This document shows positions 58,686 through 64,000 of a DNA stretch of 64,000 nucleotides, one piece after another. Source of the stretch: Camelus dromedarius (Eukaryota); NCBI RefSeq assembly GCF_036321535.1, contig NC_087436.1:122514001-122578000 (forward strand), in the 5' to 3' direction. A model generated the notes under the pieces. The model made no database searches and was not told the DNA's origin. It saw only the letters and a program-made list of their open reading frames with translations. Numbering within the stretch: the stretch's first letter is position 1; every line of letters begins with the position of its first letter. The position numbers and the translations under genes are program-made.

Positions 58686-59199
58686 CGGGTGCTCCTCCAA
58701 CGGAGGTGCAGGACAGACATCTGTCCTTCGCCAGAGGGACGAGGGGCCGCGTGGGCAGGAGGCTCGGGTTGCGGGGGACCCAGGGGCGTGGGGAGTGGCC
58801 AGAGCCTCCGACCTCACAGCCTGAGGGAGAGGGCTGATGAAGGCGCGGGCCTCGCGGGGTGGTGCCCCCAGCGCATGTGGGAGAACGAGAGGTGGAGAGC
58901 TGGCGGGGTGCCCCCCTCTCGCCTGCCCGACCCCAAGGATGGCTTGGAGCGACGTAGGAGCAGGTCCACTGAGGCAGCAGACTGCGGGGCAGCCCCCCTC
59001 CCTCTGTCCCAGTTGGCATCAGGCCTGGGAAGGTGTGGGAACCACAGTATTCTCCCGGGACAGCCTGGAGGTAATGGGTGGGGTTCCCGCCCAGGACGGA
59101 CACAGAAGGGCTCACCTTCGGCCTCCCCTCCCCCACTGCACCCATACCTGCAGAACCGGGAGGCCCTCCATGAGGACCCTCCCTCTCCCCGTGACCTGT

Positions 59200-59690
59200 C
59201 CCTGCCTCCACTGCACGGACGCCTGCACGCCCGCAGCCCTGTCCACGACTTCCCGGCCGGTCCCGCCGCGCTCAGGCTGGGGGCGGCGGCGGGCCTCGCA
59301 CAGGCGTTAGGGCAGCCCTCGCGCCCCACAGCCTCGCAGATCTCGTTCCTGGGGCCTCTCTAAGGTGGCCACCCCCTTCCCTCGGCCCCGCCCAGCCCCG
59401 CCCTTTTCGTCTTGCGCCGCGCACAGGCTGCCCCACCCACACCGGGAGCGGCGCACCCCCCCCCCCCCCCGCCCTCCGAGACAGAATGTCCGGAGAAGGG
59501 GCGGGAGGCGTTACTCCTGTCTGGGGCCTGGAACGGAGAAGGGGCTCCGGGACCCGCGGACGCGGCGCACACGAGGGAGTAGACCGCTGGGGAGGTGGGG
59601 AGGTGGCTGGTGCTGGGCGCTCTCCGGCTCTGGCTCTGATCGTGGCCCTGACTGCATGGCGGGGGCCTGCGGCAGGCGCTGACCCCTAGT
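59200..59690. promoter_or_regulatory. CpG island with tandem GC boxes (candidate promoter or orphan CGI)
   Basis: Among the most CpG-dense stretches by eye; CCCCGCCC at 59386-59393 and 59396-59403; C15 run at 59456-59470. Confidence 0.65.
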
Positions 59691-61419
59691 GGGCAGACCC
59701 ACTGGCCTTGTTCCCCTGGTGCGGCTGCCTGGGCTCACAGTGTTTGCTGAGTGACTGGTGGGTAAACCCTGGGGCATGTGCGGATTGACCACATCTCAGG
59801 GCCTAGGCAGGAGCCCTGTGCAGTGGGCATCAGACCAGCTCTCTCCCACTAAAGGCCCTCCAGTCACAGGCCAGGCGTGTGTCCCTGCAGAGGGTCCCAC
59901 AGGCACCAGAAGCTGGATGCACCCAGGAGCTCCCACTGCAGCAAGCCGCTCAGGGGAGGCCTCTGGGGACAGGGGCCGCTGTGGAGTCTCCTCTGGGCCC
60001 TTGGTCCTCTGTTCTTCATGGAGAGCTTCTTGTGAGAGCTTTCCACCTCATCTTCAGACCCAGAAGTCTCCCTGAGGCAGCGTGTCCCCAGCACTGCTGC
60101 ACTGCTAGGCATTATCCTCCAGGGCGCGGGGGGGGGGGCGGGGGTCCTGAGGGTAAGGCTCACCCCCAGGATGCAGTGGCTCCCCTCCCACCTCTGTCCA
60201 CCTGCTGCCCTTCCCTTCCTACCAGAGGCCCTCTCCAGAGCCACCAAGTACTGCCCCATTGCAAGCCGCACCCCCAAAGTCAGAGGAGGGACTGTCACAC
60301 TCAGCTGGGATTGCATGGAGGCTGCTGTCCAGACCCTGGACCCAGCCTCCCTTCATCTTGTGTTTTAGAGTCTGTGTGAGCTGCAAGGCCTTCGAGGTCA
60401 TGGGGTCATCCCGGCCATGGGTTCAAAGCTTTCTCAGCGGGAATGCCGGTGGTCCGCACTCCTCAGTGGGGCTGCGCAGGGATGGGGCCCATTAATGACC
60501 CCAGCCAAATCTCCTCTGGGCATCTAGGGGCAGAGCCCAGGTTCTGCAGGGGGCTGAGTAGAGACCCTGGACCACCCCGCATCCTGGTCCTGCAAACTAC
60601 GCCTCGGGCCCGAGGGGCCGATAGGCCCAGAGTGCAACTCTGGCCAGAGGCCCACAAGCCTCTGGGGCCCGAGATGCTTGGCTGCCCCTGCACAGTGCCT
60701 GCCTTGGACCCGCCGCCAGGGGCCTGGCCAGCAAAGCCTCCCAGGCCAACTGGCTGGCCAGGCCTGCAGCCCCCGCAGCCAGGCCCTGTGCCCAGGAGCA
60801 CCATTCCATCCAGATGTCCACAGCCACCAGCCCCCGAGGGCAGGTCTCTGGGGCCCCACCGGCATTTCAGTTTCCAGTTCCCGCCGGAGCTGGGGCTCGG
60901 GGAGTGGAGGAGACGGTGGCGAGCACTGGAAGGCAGCTAGAAAATTGAAGGACAAGGATGGGGTTCCCCTGTGAAGTGCAGTGGCCCCTCACTTCTCTTT
61001 CTGCCCGTTTCCTCTCAAACAACTTCCAGAGAAACGGATTGTGCGGGGCTGACAGTGGGATGACAGATGGCCGCAGCACACACCTGCTCCTTGCTCCGGA
61101 GGGGCCGGGAGAGCACCCTCTGTGCTGGAGGGTCGGGTGGGGGTGGTTGGGGGGGGTGTCTGGGGGCTCTTTGGGCTGAGGTGGAGCTGGAGGGAGGTCC
61201 ACAGGATGGCGGTGCAGCCCTGGGGTGGCCATGGGTGCCAGGGCCCAGGTGAGTGGTGCTGAGGAGCAGCCCTGCGACGTCCAGGGCACCCAAGTCGTGG
61301 AGGACCAGATGGACCTTGGGACACTGGTGGCCAGTCTGGGCACAGTGGGGAGGGGTCCAAAGACCTGGGCCCCTGACCACCCAGTGGCTTGAATCCAGCA
61401 CATCTCCAGCTGGACGTCC

Positions 61420-61475
61420 CTGGACTGGTTCACTCGCCTGTCTGTGCCTTGGTTTCCTCACCTGTAAGTGGAGCC
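61420..61475 (+). mobile_element. MIR core fragment
   Basis: 'tctgtgccttggtttcctcacctgtaagtgg'. Confidence 0.65.
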
Positions 61476-61599
61476 AGGCTGGCCCTGCCCCTGGGCTGCC
61501 TGAGCAGAGCCTGGGGGGGGGGCCAGCTGCAGCCACCCGCCCCAGAGACTTCCACCTTAAGGTGTGAACAGTCAAGCCCCCCTCCGCCCCCCGCTGCCC

Positions 61600-61780
61600 T
61601 GGTGACAAATACTAATGTCTAATTCAGCAGCCCGCCCGGCTGGCCCGCACTGCTCATGTTCTTTGCTGAAATGTCACCTGTTCCTATCTAACGATTTGCA
61701 TAATGCAAAGCTTCTCACTCGTAAAATACAGATTAAGAGGGGAAGGGAGTCATTCTGGAACCAGGGAGCCATTTCAAGGG
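61600..61780. promoter_or_regulatory. Candidate enhancer with inverted octamer pair
   Basis: ATTTGCAT at 61694-61701 inside TTTGCAT-A-ATGCAAA; CTCGTAAAA at 61718-61726; TGACA/TGTCA. Confidence 0.55.
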
Positions 61781-63377
61781 AAAGGGGAGGGAGGCTGGGA
61801 GGCATGCTCTTAACCCTGTCCCTGCCGGCTGCCGCTCTGCCTGGAACATCACGTCGCCCCGGAGCCCGCCTCCCCTGGCCAGCGCCCTGTGGCCACTGGG
61901 GCTTGCCTCTGACTGCCAGGAGGACCGGGTGGGCGAGGCCATGAGCCCCGGGCCTGCCCAAGCTGCCCAAGGCCGCCCTGCTGGGAAGGGGTGTCTTCCA
62001 CTTCTCCCCGGAGCCCACGGCTTTGGGGCGTGCGTTACACCTGCACGCGGAGGGAGGGTCAGAGGAGACTGAGGGGTGATGCACCCCAGACTGGCCCTCA
62101 GACATCTAGGAGGTGTGCCTTGGGCTTGGGGAGGGTAATTAGCCAAGCCCCACCTTGTCATCAGGGGCTTCTCCAAACCCCAAATCTGGCTTGATCTGTG
62201 GTCCCAGCAAAGTTGGAGCAGATGCCCAGGGAAGGTTTGGGTCGTTCAGCCTGAGTGAGGGGGCAGAGCCTGGGCTGGCTCAGGCTGCAGGGCCAAAGAG
62301 GAGCAGCACCCTCCCCGCCCTCCCCAGTCACCCCAATACTTCCTGCTGCCATACTGTGTGGCTGCACCCCTGAACATCCTCCATGTTGGGGGTCAGCCTC
62401 ACTCCCACCCACCCAGCCCCGGGACCCCGCCTCCCTTCTTCCTGCATCCCCAGGGCCCCTCTCTGTGGGGGCAGTAGCCCCTCCTGCCGGCTGGCCTGCC
62501 CAGGGTGGGGGTGGCAGTGCTGCGAAGGCAAGGACTTGGGGTCAGAGTGGAGCAGGGCCAGCGGGGCCACACAGAACACGGGTCAGGAAGGGAGTTGGGC
62601 TGAGGCTGAAGCCAGCTCCTGAGTCTGGACCATGTGTGGGTGGCCCCAGGGAAGCTTGGCTGGAGGGACCCTTGGCCTAGACCCCTGCTCAGGGAGGTGA
62701 CCCTGACTTCACATCACACAGGAGGGCTGACTTACTCCCCGCCTTCCCTACAGCCCAGGAGAGTGGACCAAAGCTCTGGTTCCCCGATCCTGGCCTGAAG
62801 CCTCGCCCCTCTGCCCTGAGGCTTCCCAACCTGCAGGTTCCCTCTGAGCACAGCCCAGGGCAGCCTTTCCACCCACAGACTCACCCAGCCTTCCCCTCAC
62901 CTCTAATCCAGGGGAGTAAATGGGCTGGGCAGCCTCTCCCTGTGCCCCCCCCCACCACCACGTCATCGTCACCGTTCCCGGCAGCACCGGCAGTGGCACC
63001 GGTGGCTCTAACACTTACTTAGCTTCACTCTGCACCATGTGTGGCTCTTGGAGCTGTTTGTATGCCATCTTGTGTGGCCCTCACAGCCCTGAAGTCTCCA
63101 CCACCCTCTTTCCACAATCAGGGAAGCAAAGGCAAGGAGGGCTCAGTTGCAGTGTGGACTCGGGCAGTCTAGGCCACGACCTCACCCTGCGCAGGGGAGG
63201 GGCACTCAGGGACGTGTGCGGGCTGAGACTCTGCAGTGAGCTCCTCCTGATCCTCCACCTGAACTGTCCCCACTCCTGCCCGTTGTCTGGGAATGGGGTC
63301 TGATAGAGTTTGTGGCCCCAGCACCAGTAGAGTAACCCATCTTCTCTCAACCCCTGGGAGAAATTCGAAGTGCCATC

Positions 63378-63417
63378 CTGTCCCTAGCTGTCCCCAGCTG
63401 TCCCCAGCTGTCCCCAG
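63378..63417. repeat. 10-bp tandem repeat (ctgtccccag)x4
   Basis: Read directly; the first copy has one mismatch. Confidence 0.9.
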
Positions 63418-64000
63418 GACAGGCAGCAGCTGCACCTGCTGCCCAGACTCACCCTTGCCTTCTGCAGGTGCTCCTCCTCTGCACATGAAGCTCCCTCTCT
63501 CTCCAGCCCCGGGGCCAGAAGGGTCATTTTTCTGGGTCTGAAGTCCTGCCCGGTGCTCGGGACTGTAGGCCCCCAGGCGCCTCGGCTGCACTCACCAGGG
63601 ATGAGCTGCTGGGTGTTGGCCCGCGTGTGACTTGGCTCGCACTTCTCTGCACCGTAGAATGCTGCGCTCTGCCTTCCCCACCTGGGCCTTCGTGGGTAAC
63701 AGGCAGGGCTTCTGACCGCTGCGGGGTGCATCCAGGTCCACGGTTTAGCCTTGCCCAGGCTTGTGCACAGTCCGAAGGTGGTCTCAGCCATCTCCGAGGA
63801 CACCGAGAACAACATTCCTACACCAGGGTTTTGGTCAACATCTGGCCAAGGGGTCACTGGGTGAGTCACAGCAAATCCGGTTTGTAGGTGTTGATTTGTG
63901 GCCAAGGTACTCTGCAGGTCTTCTGCAGGGCCATGCCAGGAATCCAGTCCAGGCTGGGACCCTCACCCACTCAGGGGCATCTGCCCCCTCCTTTCCTGAA

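Noticed and set aside
13310..61780. Naming the specific locus or target gene
   Set aside because: No exon or uniquely recognisable element is present; any gene name would be a guess without alignment.
1..64000. Numerous 60-320 aa ORFs in the supplied track
   Set aside because: They are Pro/Gly/Ala/Arg-rich, overlap in all six frames, often start at non-ATG codons, and show no recognisable domains or exon structure; this is expected from stop-poor GC-rich DNA.

Overview
Mammalian genomic DNA, GC-rich and apparently non-coding. Three copies of a short tRNA-derived SINE (about 3.0, 16.6 and 26.8 kb) match my recollection of the camelid Vic-1 SINE, so the host is probably a camel, alpaca or llama. 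I can support no protein-coding exon, rRNA, true tRNA or CRISPR array; the ORF-track hits are GC-rich or repeat noise, or decayed LINE-1 ORF2 fragments. The window has three layers. (1) Old transposon relics (L1M, L2, MIR, MLT1/MLT2 LTRs, MER58, MER82), several apparently shifted AT->GC. (2) About 12 sharply bounded, non-repetitive AT-rich or CpG-retaining islands full of homeodomain, HOX-PBX, POU and GATA motifs. They look like an array of developmental enhancers around an unseen transcription-factor gene, and there is a small CpG island at about 59.2-59.7 kb. (3) Structural oddities read directly from the sequence: a ~1.05-kb non-TE retro-insertion with A-rich tail and TSD splitting an L1 endonuclease relic (40876-41925); a 192-bp, 4-mismatch copy of an ancient L1 fragment 3.8 kb downstream (43489-43680 / 47316-47507); a multiply inverted L1 inside one 16-bp TSD (3494-4783); a tail-to-tail L2 hairpin (40302-40385); and a G-rich minisatellite (38207-38496). 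I found no evidence of a novel multi-gene system. Repeat family names come from memory of consensus sequences, and no conservation data were available.
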